The notes under the pieces are model-generated. The model was not told where the DNA came from and made no database searches. It saw only the letters and a list, made by a program, of their open reading frames with translations. The translations under genes were made by a program, and so were the position numbers. DNA of 64,000 bases from an uncultured Actinomycetes bacterium (GTDB lineage Bacteria > Actinomycetota > UBA4738 > JBBDTT01): the NCBI GenBank assembly GCA_963742735.1, contig CAVUMN010000004.1, positions 192,001 to 256,000 of the forward strand, read 5' to 3'. How positions within the stretch are numbered: position 1 is the first letter of the stretch; each line of letters begins with the position of its first letter. This document shows positions 18,453-29,118 of this stretch, in pieces.

Positions 18453-19274
18453 GTGATCGACGTCGAGGCCCTCCGGTCTCGAGTCGAGGCGCAGACGTGG
18501 TACCACACGATTGAGGTCATGCCCGGCGTGCCCACGCCCGGCATGTTCGACCACCGCCCGACGATCGACCGGGTTCCGCTGCCGGCCTCGCTCGATGGAA
18601 AGCGCTGCCTCGACGTGGGCACCCACGACGGATTCTGGGCCTTCGAGATGGAGCGCCGGGGCGCCGCCGAGGTCGTCGCGCTCGACCTGGACGACGTCGA
18701 ACGCCGTGACTGGCCCTCGAGCGTCCGCGAGAGCGGGCCCGCCCGCCTGCGCGAGTGGGGATGGGTCCCCGGCCCCGCCTTCCACCTGGCGCACGAGGCC
18801 CTCGATTCGAAGGTGCAGCGGCGGGACGTGAGCATCTACGACGTCTCGGCCGACGGCCTCGGAACCTTCGACGTGGTGTTCATGGGGAGCCTGATCCTGC
18901 ACCTGCGGGACCCGATCCGTGCCCTGGAGGCGGTCCGGTCGGTCGTCGGCGAGACGTTCGTGATGGCCGAGGCGATCGACCCGCGCGTTCAGCTCGGGAT
19001 GCGATCGACGCCGGCCGCGCGCTTCGACGGTCTGGGGTTCGATCAGCAGTGGTGGACGCCGAATCGCGCCGGACTCGCTCGTATGGTGACGTCGGCGGGC
19101 TTCCGCGTCCTGGAGCTGACCAAGCCGTACGTGGTTTCGTTCGGGCGCAGTGGCTGGGTTCGCCGGGGGAAGCTGCGGCACCGAGTGCGGAACCTCCTCG
19201 CCGCCGGCGCCCCCCGGTTCGGGGTGGTGCACACGGCGCTGCGGGCCGAGCCGGCCGGGCCGCGGGGAGCCTGA
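18453..19274 (+). CDS. Class I SAM-dependent methyltransferase (CmoB/DUF1698-like)
   Basis: WYHTIE, LDGKRCLDVGTHDGFWAFEMERRGA, FDVVFMGSLILHLRDP, WWTPN. Confidence 0.82.
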   Translation: MIDVEALRSRVEAQTWYHTIEVMPGVPTPGMFDHRPTIDRVPLPASLDGKRCLDVGTHDGFWAFEMERRGAAEVVALDLDDVERRDWPSSVRESGPARLREWGWVPGPAFHLAHEALDSKVQRRDVSIYDVSADGLGTFDVVFMGSLILHLRDPIRALEAVRSVVGETFVMAEAIDPRVQLGMRSTPAARFDGLGFDQQWWTPNRAGLARMVTSAGFRVLELTKPYVVSFGRSGWVRRGKLRHRVRNLLAAGAPRFGVVHTALRAEPAGPRGA

Positions 19275-19305
19275 CCCGCCGGCGATCCGCCTACCATCCT
19301 GCCGG

Positions 19306-20247
19306 ATGGATCTCGCTCTGGTCTCGTGGAACACGCGTGAGGATCTCCGGCGGGCCCTTGCCTCGGTGCGGCGCCACGGCGGGGACCGGCGCGTGGTGGT
19401 GGTCGACAACGCCTCCACCGACGGGACGCCCGACATGGTCGCCGCCGAGTTTCCCGAAGTTCGGCTGATCGCCGAGACGGAGAACCGGGGGTTCGCGGCC
19501 GGCGCGAACCGCGCCCTGGACGCGGCCGGCGACGCCGACGTCCTGCTCCTGAACGCCGACGTCGAGCTGACCTCCGGCGCCGCCGAGCGGCTGGAGGCGG
19601 CGCTCGGCGAGCGTCCACGCGCCGCCGCGATCGGTCCCCGGCTGGTCCACGAGGACGGCTCGGCCCAGCACTCCGCCTATCGCTTTCCCACCCTCGGGAT
19701 CGCCGCGTGGCTGAACTCCGGGCTGTGGCGGCTCCGGTCCGACGCCTGGCAGCGCGAGCACCTGCTGGAGACGAGCCCCCAGCCGGCAGCCGCGGCCCGC
19801 GTGGACTGGGTGATCGGGGCGGCGCTGGCCATCCGGCGCTCGGCGCTGGCCGAGGTCGGCGGGCTGGAGGAGTCGTTCTTCATGTACGCCGAGGACCTGG
19901 AGTGGTGCCACCGGGCGGCGACGGCCGGGTGGGAGATCTGGTACGAGCCCTCGGCGACCGTCATGCACCTCGGGAACCGCAGCGGGGCGCAGGCGTTCGG
20001 GCCGGGACGGACCGCGGCCTGGCTGCAGAGCACCTACGCCTTCGCGCGGCAGGCCCACGGCCCGGCGTGGGCGCGGGCGTACTTCGCCCTGAACGCCACC
20101 GGCACCGGCGCCCGCTACGTCGCGGCCCGGGCGCGGCATGCCGTGGCGCCCTCGGACGCGTCCCGGCGCGCGCTGGCGACATGGCGCCCGCACGTGGCGT
20201 ACCACCTTCGCGGTGCGCGGCCGCTGCAGGGCCGGGCCCCACGATGA
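19306..20247 (+). CDS. GT2 glycosyltransferase (WbbL-like)
   Basis: VSWNT, VVDNASTDGT, NRGFAAGAN, LLLNAD, VDWVIGAA, FFMYAEDLEWC. Confidence 0.92.
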   Translation: MDLALVSWNTREDLRRALASVRRHGGDRRVVVVDNASTDGTPDMVAAEFPEVRLIAETENRGFAAGANRALDAAGDADVLLLNADVELTSGAAERLEAALGERPRAAAIGPRLVHEDGSAQHSAYRFPTLGIAAWLNSGLWRLRSDAWQREHLLETSPQPAAAARVDWVIGAALAIRRSALAEVGGLEESFFMYAEDLEWCHRAATAGWEIWYEPSATVMHLGNRSGAQAFGPGRTAAWLQSTYAFARQAHGPAWARAYFALNATGTGARYVAARARHAVAPSDASRRALATWRPHVAYHLRGARPLQGRAPR

Positions 20248-21130
20248 GGCGGCGGCTGGCCGTGGCCGCGATCGCCGTCTGGACGGTGACCTACCTGCGC
20301 CACGAGCGCGGCGTACGGGACCGTTCCGGACGAGCGCGAGCCCGGCTGGGCGTGCGAGATCCGGCCGCGGTGCGACGCGCCCTCGAGGTCCGCGCGGGCG
20401 AGGCGGACGGGAGGCGCTCGGTGCTGGAGCCCGACGTCCGCCGGCTCGCCCGCGAGGCCGGGATGACCGTGGTCGCCGGATGCGGGGACGGCTCGCTGCT
20501 GGAGCTCGTCCCGGCCACGGCGGGGGCGGTGGGCCTGGACCTGGCCCACGCGGCCGTCCGCCCGGCGGCGAAGGCCCGGGGTGGCGGAGCCCGGGCGTTC
20601 CTCCAGGCCGATGCGGCGCGGTTGCCGCTGCGCGACGGCGCGGCGGATCTGGTCGTCCTCGAATGCGTCGGGAGGATGGAGCGCCCCGAGGACGCGGTGT
20701 GGGAGGCCGCCCGGGTCCTGCGGCCCGGCGGGCGGCTGGTCCTCCAGGCCCCGAACGCCTGCCGCGCGCCCGCGGTTCGTCCGCTCACCCACCCGTTCGT
20801 GTGGGTCGCCCGGGCCCTCGGCGCCAGCCGGCCGTGGCTCGTCCCGGGCAGAGGATGGACCGAGCCCCGGCCGATCGACCGCGACCTGCGATCGGACCCG
20901 GACGGGCCGGACGCATGGCTGCCCTCCATCGAACACGTCCCCCAGGAGCTCGTCTGGCTCCTTCGCTCCGCGGGGTTCCGTGAGCCGCGCTGGCGGAGCA
21001 CGGGACGGGCGCGGGCCGGCTTCCGCTGCTCGACCGCCTGGGCGAGCGCCTGATCGTCGAGGCCACGCTGACCGCCGCCCCCGTCTCGGCCGTGCCGCCG
21101 CTGGGGATCTGGCCGGGGGCGACGGGGTAG
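20244..21130 (+). CDS. Methyltransferase-domain protein with degenerate motifs; apparent frameshift near 21015
   Basis: AGCGDG, GLDLA, QADAARLPL, RVLRPGGRLVLQAPN; a shifted frame continues RLPLLDRLGERLIVEA to TAG 21130, 2 nt before the next GTG. Confidence 0.6.
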
Positions 21131-21132
21131 CC

Positions 21133-22341
21133 GTGCGCATCCTGGTGCTCTCGGCGTGGTACCCGCCCCACCACCTGGGGGGCTACGAGCTGGCGGCCGA
21201 GAGCGCCGTGCGGGGGCTGCGGGAACGCGGTCACGAGCTGCGGGTTCTGACCAGCAGGTTCCAGACCGCGAACGGCCACGGCAAGCCGGACGAGGCCCGG
21301 CGGGAGCTCAACCTGTTCTGGGAGGACGGTCGGTGGCGCCGGCCCGGCCTGCGGGGCGCGATCCGCGCGGCACGAGAGGACCTCTACGCGTTCGACCGCG
21401 AGGTCGACGCCTTCGAACCCGACCTGCTGTGGGTCTGGCACATGGCCGGGGTCTCGAAGGTCCTGCTGTCCGAGGCGTACGCCCGGAGGCTTCCCTACGT
21501 CCTGTCGTTCCTGGACGTGTGGCCGATCTACGACCTGCCCCCCGACCCGTGGCTGCGCTGGTGCCGCGGACCCCGAGCGCCCCTCGGGCGCACGATCGGG
21601 ATGGCTCGGGGACTCCCGACGCGGTCGCCCGCGCTGGCGGAGGACGCCGCCGACGCCTCCTACTGCTCGGCCTGGCTGCAGCGGGTGCTGGCCGGCCATG
21701 GCCACGCGCCCGAGGGCCGGGTGATCTACCCGGGCATCGATCCCGCGCGGTTCTCGGCCGCGCCGCCCTCCGGCCGGCCGGTCAGGCGATTCCTGCAGGT
21801 CGGGGCGGGTCAAGCCGCGCAAGGGTCCCGCGATCGCCGTGGAGGCCCTCGCGAAGCTGCACGCCGCCGGCTACGACGACGCGACGCTGACCCTCGCCGG
21901 CTCCGCGGAGGCGGGCTCACGACGAGGAGCTCCGGACGCTGGCGGCACGGCTCGGGATCGGCGACGCCGTCCGGCTGACGGGGCCGGTGTCGCACGAGGA
22001 CCTCCCGCGGCTCTACGCCGTGCACGACGCGGCCATCCACGCGGCGACCTGGCAGCGAGCCGTTCGGGCCGTCCTGGTCGAGGCGCTGGCCAGTGGGCGC
22101 CCGCTGGTGTGCTCGCCGACCGGCGGAGCGCAGGAGATCATCACCCCCGGCGTCGACGCCCTGACGTCGAGGCGGGCGACTCCGCGGCGTGCGCGACCGA
22201 GATGGAGGCGCTCGTCGCGGACCCGGCGCTCGCCGGCCCGGCTGGTCGAGGCCGGCCTGCGCACCGCCGCCCGGTTCACCGAGGACCGGGCCGCGGCCGA
22301 GCACGAGGCGCGGCTCCTGGAGGTGCGTCGGCCGTGGGTGA
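21133..22341 (+). CDS. GT4 glycosyltransferase, broken by several frameshifts (about 21810-22335)
   Basis: RILVLSAWYPPHHLGGYE, VIYPGID, RVKPRKG and VLVEALASGRPLV occur in different frames; TGA 22339-22341 overlaps the next GTG. Confidence 0.75.
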
Positions 22342-23330
22342 GCGCGCCGCGGGTCTCGGTGATCGTGCCGGTCCGGGACCAGCGGGAGGCTGCCCTGCTT
22401 CGAACGATCGAGGCGCTTCGGGGCACAGACCTATCCGGCGGAGGCGTTCGAGAAGGTGATCGTGGTGGACGACGCATCGACGGACGGAACGCCCGAGGCG
22501 GCGGAGGCGGCGGCCGGATGCCCTGGACCTGCGCGTCGAACGGCGCCCAGCGTCGGGGCCGTGGCGGGCCCGCGCAACCGCGGGGGGCCGACGTGGCCCG
22601 CGGCGAGGTCCTGGCGTTCACCGACTCGGGACTGCCGGCCCACGCCGGGTGGCTGGCCGCGGCCATGTTCCACGCTGGAGGCCGCCAACGCCATCCAGGG
22701 CCTGACCGTGGCCGACCCGGCCATGCACCGGGGCCCGCTGCATCGGACCGTGGAGGCGGGCGGCGGCTTCCGGCCTGTTCGACTCCTGCAACCTGTTGCC
22801 GTCCGGGGCGAGGCGTTCCGGGCCGTCGGGGGGTTCGACGGGGCCTTCGCCCGTCGCATCCGCGTCCCGCGCTCGACGGGCCAGATCGACTACGGCTTCG
22901 GCGAGGACACCGATCTGGCGGTGGCGGATGATCCGCGCGGGACTGCGCCTGGAGTTCGAGCCGCGGCGCTGGTGCACCACCACGTGTTCCCCCGGACCTC
23001 GGCGAGTCGATCGGGCGGATGTGGCTCGTGGGGGCGTTCCCCAGCCTGGTCCGCGAGTTCCCCGAGCTCCGGGAACGGCTCCTGAAGCACCGCGTGTTCC
23101 TGACGGAGGACCGGCCGTACGTTTGGCTGGCCCTCGCCGGCCTCTGGCTGGCGCGGCGGCGCCCCGCCGCCCTCGCTCTGGCGCTGCCCTACGCGTACCG
23201 GAAGGTCTCGCGGGGCCACGGGGGGCGGCGCGACCGGGTGCGAGCGCTGCCCGCGCAGGCGCTCCTGGACGCCGTGGCGACGGCGGGGCTGGTGGTGGGC
23301 TCGGTGCGCGCCCGCCGGGTGGTGCTCTAG
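22338..23330 (+). CDS. GT2 glycosyltransferase, broken by several frameshifts
   Basis: VSVIVPVRD, VIVVDDASTDGT, ARGEVLAFTDS, AVGGFD, GEDTDL and a C-terminal TM segment ending RARRVVL lie in different frames; the tail resembles those of the GT2s at 36946 and 38520. Confidence 0.7.
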
Positions 23331-23965
23331 GCGCCCGCCTCTCGCTTGGCTCGCTCTCGGACGTCTCCCACCACGCGGGCGGGCGAGCCGACGGCGATCG
23401 AGAAGTCGGGGATCGATCCCTTGACCACGCTGTTCGTGCCGATCACGCACTGCCGCCCGATGTCGGCGCCGCGCAGGATGGCCACCCGGTCGCCGATCCA
23501 GGTCCCCCGGCCGATGCGGATCGGGCTCGTGTGCCAGGCCTGGCTCCAGGTGATGTTCTCGCCCTCGTCGCCGCGCAGCACGTGGTCGTTGTCGATGATC
23601 GTCGAGAACGCCCCGATGGCCACGTCGTCCTCGAGGGTCACGGACTCCGCGCAGGAGATCGTGCAATACGGCCGCAGGACGACCCCGTTGCCGATGCGCA
23701 ACGCGGGCTCGGGGTTCGGCCAGGCGGGGCGCTCCACCGACAGCCAGGCGCCCCACAGGATGAACACGCGCTCGCCGATGTCGATGTGCCGGGGCCCGTA
23801 CAGCCACTTCGGGCGGTCGAGGACCGAACCGTCGCCGAAGCCGGCGAACCGCATCCGCCAGAACGGGCGGGTGAGCGCGCCACGCAGGCGGAACCGGGCG
23901 AAGGGCTCGTCGTACATGAACCGCGCCCAGCCCGTCGGGCCGCGGTATTCGGGTGGCCGGCTCAT
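23327..23965 (-). CDS. Hexapeptide-repeat (LbH) O-acyltransferase
   Basis: IGNGVVL, IIDNDH (catalytic His), IRIGRGTWIG, IGTNSVV, AVGSPAR. Confidence 0.9.
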   Translation of the reverse strand: MSRPPEYRGPTGWARFMYDEPFARFRLRGALTRPFWRMRFAGFGDGSVLDRPKWLYGPRHIDIGERVFILWGAWLSVERPAWPNPEPALRIGNGVVLRPYCTISCAESVTLEDDVAIGAFSTIIDNDHVLRGDEGENITWSQAWHTSPIRIGRGTWIGDRVAILRGADIGRQCVIGTNSVVKGSIPDFSIAVGSPARVVGDVRERAKREAGA

Positions 23966-24017
23966 CGTGCCCGGATGCTATGCCGCCCGGCGTGCCACCG
24001 CCCGAGAAGCCTGAGCC

Positions 24018-25427
24018 TCACTCGACGTAGCCGAGGGCGCGGAGGTGCGTCTCGATCTCGGCCTCGAGCTCCTCGGGGACCGTCGTCTCGACGTTCGACC
24101 AGTCGGGGAGCTGCGCGCGGAGCCTCGCGACGTCTTCGGGGCGATCGGCCGCCAGGTCGGCCGTCTCGCCGGGGTCCGCCCGCAGGTCGAACAGCTCCTC
24201 GCGGCCGCGCGTGTCGACGATGAGCTTCAGGTCGTCCGAGCCGCGGGCCGAGCGAAACCCCCGGTCCACCGAGGTCACATCCAGCCCGGGGAACCGCTTG
24301 CGGACCAGCTCCATCGAGGGGAAGAACGCGAGGTACTCGGCGACGGCCACGTCCCGGCCCGGCTCGCCGTCCACCGGCAGCGGCCGCCCGTGGACCGGCT
24401 GGGCGAACGCGGTCCCGGCGCGAGCGAGGAGCGTCGGGGCCAGGTCGTGGACCTGAACCACGCCGTCGACGCGGCGGCCGTCGCGCTGTCCGGGGTCCTT
24501 CAGGACGAGCGGGACCCGCAGGAGGGTCTCGTGGACGCTGGCCTGATGGTCCATCAGGCCGTGGTCGCCGATGTTCTCGCCGTGGTCGCTGGTCAGGGCG
24601 AATGCCGCGCGGTCCCAACGGCCGTGGCGGTGCAGGATGCGGATCAGCTCCCCCAGGCGCGCGTCCAGATAGCCGATCTCGCCCCGGTACAGGCCGCGGA
24701 GCCCGTCGAAGTCGCGGTCCGTCATCGCCGCCTCGCGCGTGAACCACGCGGGCGGGCTCTGGTTGATGGCCATGGCCTCGGCGGCGTCCATCCCCTCGGG
24801 AAGGAAGCGCGACCGGAACGGCTCTGGAGGCGCGTAGGGCAGGTGCGCGTCGAGGTAGTTGACGAACAGCAGCACCGGGCGGTCCTGGGGAACCCGTGCC
24901 AGTGCACGATCGACGAACCGGTTCGTGCGCGCCGCGCCGTGGTCGTAGCGGTGGCGGAGGAACCGCCCGTAGGCGTGGTCGGCGCGGCCGAGGACCTTCC
25001 GCAGCACGGCCGGCACGCGGGGGTGCTCCTGGACCGCGGGAAGCACCTCTCGAAGCGGGAGGAAGCGGCGGAACCCCCGCGTCAGCCCCGCCGCGGGCCC
25101 CACCATGTCGTTCGCGCAGACGGCGATGGTCTCGTAGCCGCGGCGGGCGACGATCTCCGCCAAGGTCTCGGCCCCCTCCTCAAGCCGGTAGTGGGTTTCG
25201 TTCGCGCCGTGCTCCGAGGGCAGCAGGCCGGTGAAGAGCGAGGCGTGCGACGGAAGGGTCCACGGAGCGGCCGACCCGGCCCGCGTGTAGACCGTGGCTC
25301 GTTCGGCCAGGCGCTCCAGGACCGGCGTGGTGCGCGGCCCGGCGGCGTGGGCCGACACGTCCGCCGCCCTGGCCGTGTCCCACACCACCACCACGAGATC
25401 GACAGGCCGTCCGCCACCGGCTGACAT
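24018..25427 (-). CDS. Sulfatase-like hydrolase/transferase with Thr in the nucleophile position
   Basis: WDTARA, PWTLPSHASLFTG, FVNYLDAHLPY, TSDHGE, HETLLRVPL, DLAPT, ELFDLRADPGE, C-terminal LRALGYVE. Confidence 0.87.
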   Translation of the reverse strand: MSAGGGRPVDLVVVVWDTARAADVSAHAAGPRTTPVLERLAERATVYTRAGSAAPWTLPSHASLFTGLLPSEHGANETHYRLEEGAETLAEIVARRGYETIAVCANDMVGPAAGLTRGFRRFLPLREVLPAVQEHPRVPAVLRKVLGRADHAYGRFLRHRYDHGAARTNRFVDRALARVPQDRPVLLFVNYLDAHLPYAPPEPFRSRFLPEGMDAAEAMAINQSPPAWFTREAAMTDRDFDGLRGLYRGEIGYLDARLGELIRILHRHGRWDRAAFALTSDHGENIGDHGLMDHQASVHETLLRVPLVLKDPGQRDGRRVDGVVQVHDLAPTLLARAGTAFAQPVHGRPLPVDGEPGRDVAVAEYLAFFPSMELVRKRFPGLDVTSVDRGFRSARGSDDLKLIVDTRGREELFDLRADPGETADLAADRPEDVARLRAQLPDWSNVETTVPEELEAEIETHLRALGYVE

Positions 25428-25465
25428 GACGCCTAGAATGCCCGTTCCCGACACCAGGCGCTGCC

Positions 25466-26171
25466 ATGCCCCCATCCCAGACACCCGTCGACCTGTCCAT
25501 CCTCATGCCCGCCTACAACGAGGAGCGAACGATCGAACGCGCCGTCGAGGCCGTGCTCGCGGTCGACTTCCCGGTGAGCTATGAGCTCCTGGTCGTCGAG
25601 AACGGATCGCTGGACGGCACGCGCGAGCGGCTGCTCAAGCGAGAGTGGCCGGAGCAGGTCCGGATCATCGGCGTGAACCCCAACCGCGGAAAGGGCGGCG
25701 CCGTCCGAACCGCGATCCGCGCGGCCCGGGGGACGTACTCGGTCATCCTCGACGCCGACCTCGAGTACGACGCGGCCGACATCCCCTCGGTCATCGAGCC
25801 GCTGATGAACGGCGACGCTCAGGCCGTGTTCGGCGTCCGTGGGTTTCGGCTCCCACACCTCCTACGGGTTCTGGTACGTGATGGGTGGCAAGGCCGTGAA
25901 CCTTGCCGCCAACGTCCTGTTCAACAGCTGGCTCTCGGACATCACGACCTGCATGAAGGCGTGCTCGACCGAGCTGTTCCGCTCGCTGGAGCTGCGCGAG
26001 CGGACCTTCACCATCGACGCCGAGATCCCCGCCCACCTGCTCCGCCGGGGGATCCGGGTCTACGAGGTCCCCGTCCGCTATCGCGCCCGGTCGCGGGAGG
26101 AGGGCAAGAAGCTCCGCGCGTCCGACGGCGTCCGCCTGCTGTGGACGCTCGTGCGCTGCCGCGTGGAGTGA
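25466..26171 (+). CDS. GT2 polyprenyl-phosphate glycosyltransferase (DPM1-like), frameshift near 25840
   Basis: LSILMPAYNEE, NRGKGGA, ILDADLEY; then in a shifted frame LSDITTCMKA and YEVPVRYRARSREEGKKL, stop at 26171. Confidence 0.85.
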
Positions 26172-27451
26172 TGCGCCGGCGCGCGATCTACGTCGCGGTG
26201 GCGCTCGGCGCCGGGCTGGCGCTGCGCGTGGCGATCATCGCCGGGACCGACTACGTCCCCACCGCGGACGCGGCCTCGTTCGACCGGCACGGCGTGTCCA
26301 TCGCGCAGGGGCTCGGCTACCCGCCGTCGCGGCTCGCCGAGGGCCCGAGCGCGTTCCGTCCGCCGGGCCTTCCGTACGCGCTGGCCGGGCTGTACGCGGC
26401 GACCGGGACCGAGGACTCCGAGACACGCTGGACGGTGGGCCGCGTGGCGCAGTCGGTGGGCAGCGTGGCGGCCGCAGGCCTGATCGGGCTGATGGCGCTG
26501 CGCCTGTGGGGCGACCGCCGCATCGCCTATGCCGCGCTGGTCATCGCCGCGCTCTTTCCGCCCTGGCTGATGTGGAGCACCACCTTGCTCAGCGAGCCAC
26601 TGTTCGTGTTCCTCGAGGTCGGCACGGTGCTCGCCGCGCTGGCCTTCCGGCGGCAACCCGAGCGCCTCCGGTGGATCCTTCTGGCGGGGGCGCTGGTCGG
26701 GCTGGCCACGCTCACCCGGCCGAACGGCGCGGTGCTGCTGGTGCCGGTGGCGCTGGCCGCCTGGGCGCGACGGCCGCGGGGTTCGCTGCGGGCGGTCGTG
26801 CCACCTCTGGTCGCGATCCTGGCCGCGGCCGCGCTGATCGTCCCGTGGACGATCCGCAACGCCCGGACGTTCGACGCGTTCGTCCCGGTCCACACCGAGA
26901 CCGGGTTCGCGCTGGCCGGCACCTACAACGACCAGGCCGCCGGCCGCGAGGACTGCCCGGCCTGCTTCGTGTGGTTCATCCCGCCCGAGTACGTGCCCCT
27001 CCTGCGGCCGGGCATGAACGAGGTCGAGGTCGAGGCGACCATGCGCCGCGCCGGCCTCCACTACCTGCGCACGCACCCCACGTACCTGGGACGGGTCGTG
27101 TTCTGGAACGCGATCCGGATGGTGGGCGGCGGCGGGATCTCTCTCGAGCAGAAGGTGGCCCGGCAGGCGAGCGCGCCGGCGGCCCTGCCCTGGCTCAGCC
27201 TGATCGGCTTCTGGGTGGTGCTCGCCCTGGCCGTGGGAGGCGCGTCCACCCATCGCGCGCGGACGTGGCCGGGGTGGCTGGTAGCGACCCCCGCGCTGCT
27301 GTTCGCGAGCGTGCTCCCGATCCTCGGCAACAGCCGCTACCGGGCGCCCGTCGACCCCTTCCTCATCCTGCTGGCGGCGGCGTTCCTGGTCTCGTTGATC
27401 GACCGGGCCCGGACCCGCGACGCGAAGCGCGCCCTGGAGATCCCCGTATGA
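26171..27451 (+). CDS. Membrane GT-C glycosyltransferase (ArnT/PMT_2-like)
   Basis: TGATG coupling; ADAASF, AFRPPGLP, LLSEPLF, GLATLTRP, PWTIRN, RYRAPVDP; multiple TMs. Confidence 0.8.
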   Translation: MRRRAIYVAVALGAGLALRVAIIAGTDYVPTADAASFDRHGVSIAQGLGYPPSRLAEGPSAFRPPGLPYALAGLYAATGTEDSETRWTVGRVAQSVGSVAAAGLIGLMALRLWGDRRIAYAALVIAALFPPWLMWSTTLLSEPLFVFLEVGTVLAALAFRRQPERLRWILLAGALVGLATLTRPNGAVLLVPVALAAWARRPRGSLRAVVPPLVAILAAAALIVPWTIRNARTFDAFVPVHTETGFALAGTYNDQAAGREDCPACFVWFIPPEYVPLLRPGMNEVEVEATMRRAGLHYLRTHPTYLGRVVFWNAIRMVGGGGISLEQKVARQASAPAALPWLSLIGFWVVLALAVGGASTHRARTWPGWLVATPALLFASVLPILGNSRYRAPVDPFLILLAAAFLVSLIDRARTRDAKRALEIPV

Positions 27452-29118
27452 CCGCGACCTGCCCCGCGTGCGGCTCGGGGAGCTCGCGTCCCGCGTTCCA
27501 GATCCGCGAGTTCGAGTTCCGCGCGTGCCGCCGATGCGGGACGTGGTTCGTCCCCGATCCCCCGTCCCCCGAGGAGCTCGCCGCGCTGTATCGAGACCAG
27601 GAGTACTGGGCCGCCCCCGGCGAGTCCGGCCTCGCCCCCGGCTACCGCGACTATCTGGCCGACCGGGCGCACATCGAGGCGAAGTTCGCGATGTGTCTGG
27701 CGCACCTGGAGCGGCTCCGCCCGCCGGGGCGGCTGCTCGACGTCGGCGCCGGCCCCGGGTTCCTGGTCGCGGCCGCGCGCGCTCGCGGATGGGACGCCGT
27801 AGGCCTGGAGCCGAACGAATGGGCCGCGGCGTACGCGCGGGACGAGCTCGGCCTGGACGTGCGTCCGGGCCTGCTGCCGGCCCCCGGCCTGAAGGACGGC
27901 TCGTTCGACGCCGTCACGCTGATGGACGTGATCGAGCACGTAGCGGACCCCGGCGCGATGCTCGACGAGGCGCACCGGCTGACGGCGCCCGATGGCGCGC
28001 TCGCCGTCCTGACGCCGGACGCGGGCGCGTTCTTCAGCCGCGCCCTCGGCCGGCGGTGGCCCGAGGCCCTGCGAGTGCCGGAGCACCTGGTCCTGTTCAC
28101 GCGAGCGGGCCTGGCCACGCTCCTGGCTTCCCACGGCTACGAGGCCGTGGGGTGGCACACGGTCGGCAAGACCTCGACGTTCGAGGTGCTCGTGAGCGAC
28201 GTCGCGCCCGCGGCGCCCAATCTCGGACGGGCAGCGAGGCGGACGGTGAGCGCCCTCCGGCTCGGCCACCGAACGGTGGAGCTCGACCCGCGCACCAAGC
28301 TCTGCATGTACGCCGTGCGGACACCGTCCGCCGGAGCGCGCGCCACGAGGCACATCGCCCGCTCGCCCGTTCGGATCCCGAAACGGCGGCCGGCCCTCCC
28401 GCCGCCCGCGCCGAGCGAAGCCGGGATCACCGAGGCCGAGCGCCGCGACCTGATGATGCTGAAGGACGCCCGCGGCTACCAGGGATGGCTGATCTCGGCG
28501 TTCGGCGACGCGATCAGCGGCGAGGTCCTGGAGGTCGGACCGGGGATCGGGATCTACACGCCGTGGGTGGCACGCGCGGCCGATCGCGTGACCGTCGCCG
28601 AGCCGGACGGCGCGATGCGGGACGAGCTCGACCGTCTGGATGTGCCGAGCCTCGAGGTCCTCCCCGTCACCCTGGAGGAGCTCGAGGGGACCGGCCGCCG
28701 GTTCGACTGCGTGGTGATGGTCAACGTGCTGGAGCACATCGTCGACCATCGTCGCGCGCTCTCGGTGGCCCGCGGCCTCCTGCGTCCGGGAGGGCGGCTC
28801 TGCCTGCTCGTCCCCGCGCACAACGGATTGTTCGGGGCGCTCGACCGCCGGTACGGCCACGTCCGTCGCTACGCCCGCGACGAGGTGCTCGCGCTGTTGC
28901 ACGAGGCCGGGTTCGACCGCGCCCGGGCCCGCTACTTCAACCCGCTCGGCGCGGCCGGCTGGTGGCTGGTCGGGCGGGCCCTGGGCTCGGCGAAGCTCTC
29001 GCGTTGGAGCGTGTGGACCTCGGAGCACGTCGCCGCGCCGCTCGGCCGTCTCGCGGACCGGCTGGGACCCCCGCCGTTCGGCCAGAGCGTGGTCGCGGTG
29101 GGAACCGCGAAGCGCTAG
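27448..29118 (+). CDS. Tandem double class I SAM methyltransferase with N-terminal Zn-finger
   Basis: CPACG...CRRCG; LLDVGAGPG and MDVIEHV; Pro-rich linker; second domain VLEVGPGIG, VNVLEHI, DRRYGHVRRY. Confidence 0.85.
   Translation: MTATCPACGSGSSRPAFQIREFEFRACRRCGTWFVPDPPSPEELAALYRDQEYWAAPGESGLAPGYRDYLADRAHIEAKFAMCLAHLERLRPPGRLLDVGAGPGFLVAAARARGWDAVGLEPNEWAAAYARDELGLDVRPGLLPAPGLKDGSFDAVTLMDVIEHVADPGAMLDEAHRLTAPDGALAVLTPDAGAFFSRALGRRWPEALRVPEHLVLFTRAGLATLLASHGYEAVGWHTVGKTSTFEVLVSDVAPAAPNLGRAARRTVSALRLGHRTVELDPRTKLCMYAVRTPSAGARATRHIARSPVRIPKRRPALPPPAPSEAGITEAERRDLMMLKDARGYQGWLISAFGDAISGEVLEVGPGIGIYTPWVARAADRVTVAEPDGAMRDELDRLDVPSLEVLPVTLEELEGTGRRFDCVVMVNVLEHIVDHRRALSVARGLLRPGGRLCLLVPAHNGLFGALDRRYGHVRRYARDEVLALLHEAGFDRARARYFNPLGAAGWWLVGRALGSAKLSRWSVWTSEHVAAPLGRLADRLGPPPFGQSVVAVGTAKR

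Noticed and set aside
24018-25427. Classical formylglycine arylsulfatase for sulfate scavenging
   Set aside because: No (C/S)xPxR motif, no signal peptide and no maturation enzyme in the window.
25438-25490. Short imperfect duplication (atgccc...gacacc twice) upstream of the GT2
   Set aside because: Too short and degenerate to separate from chance in GC-rich DNA.
25466-27451. Apparent 661-aa GT2 / GT-C fusion
   Set aside because: The GT2 C-half is in another frame (25839-26171) with its own stop coupled to ATG 26171; a single indel explains it.
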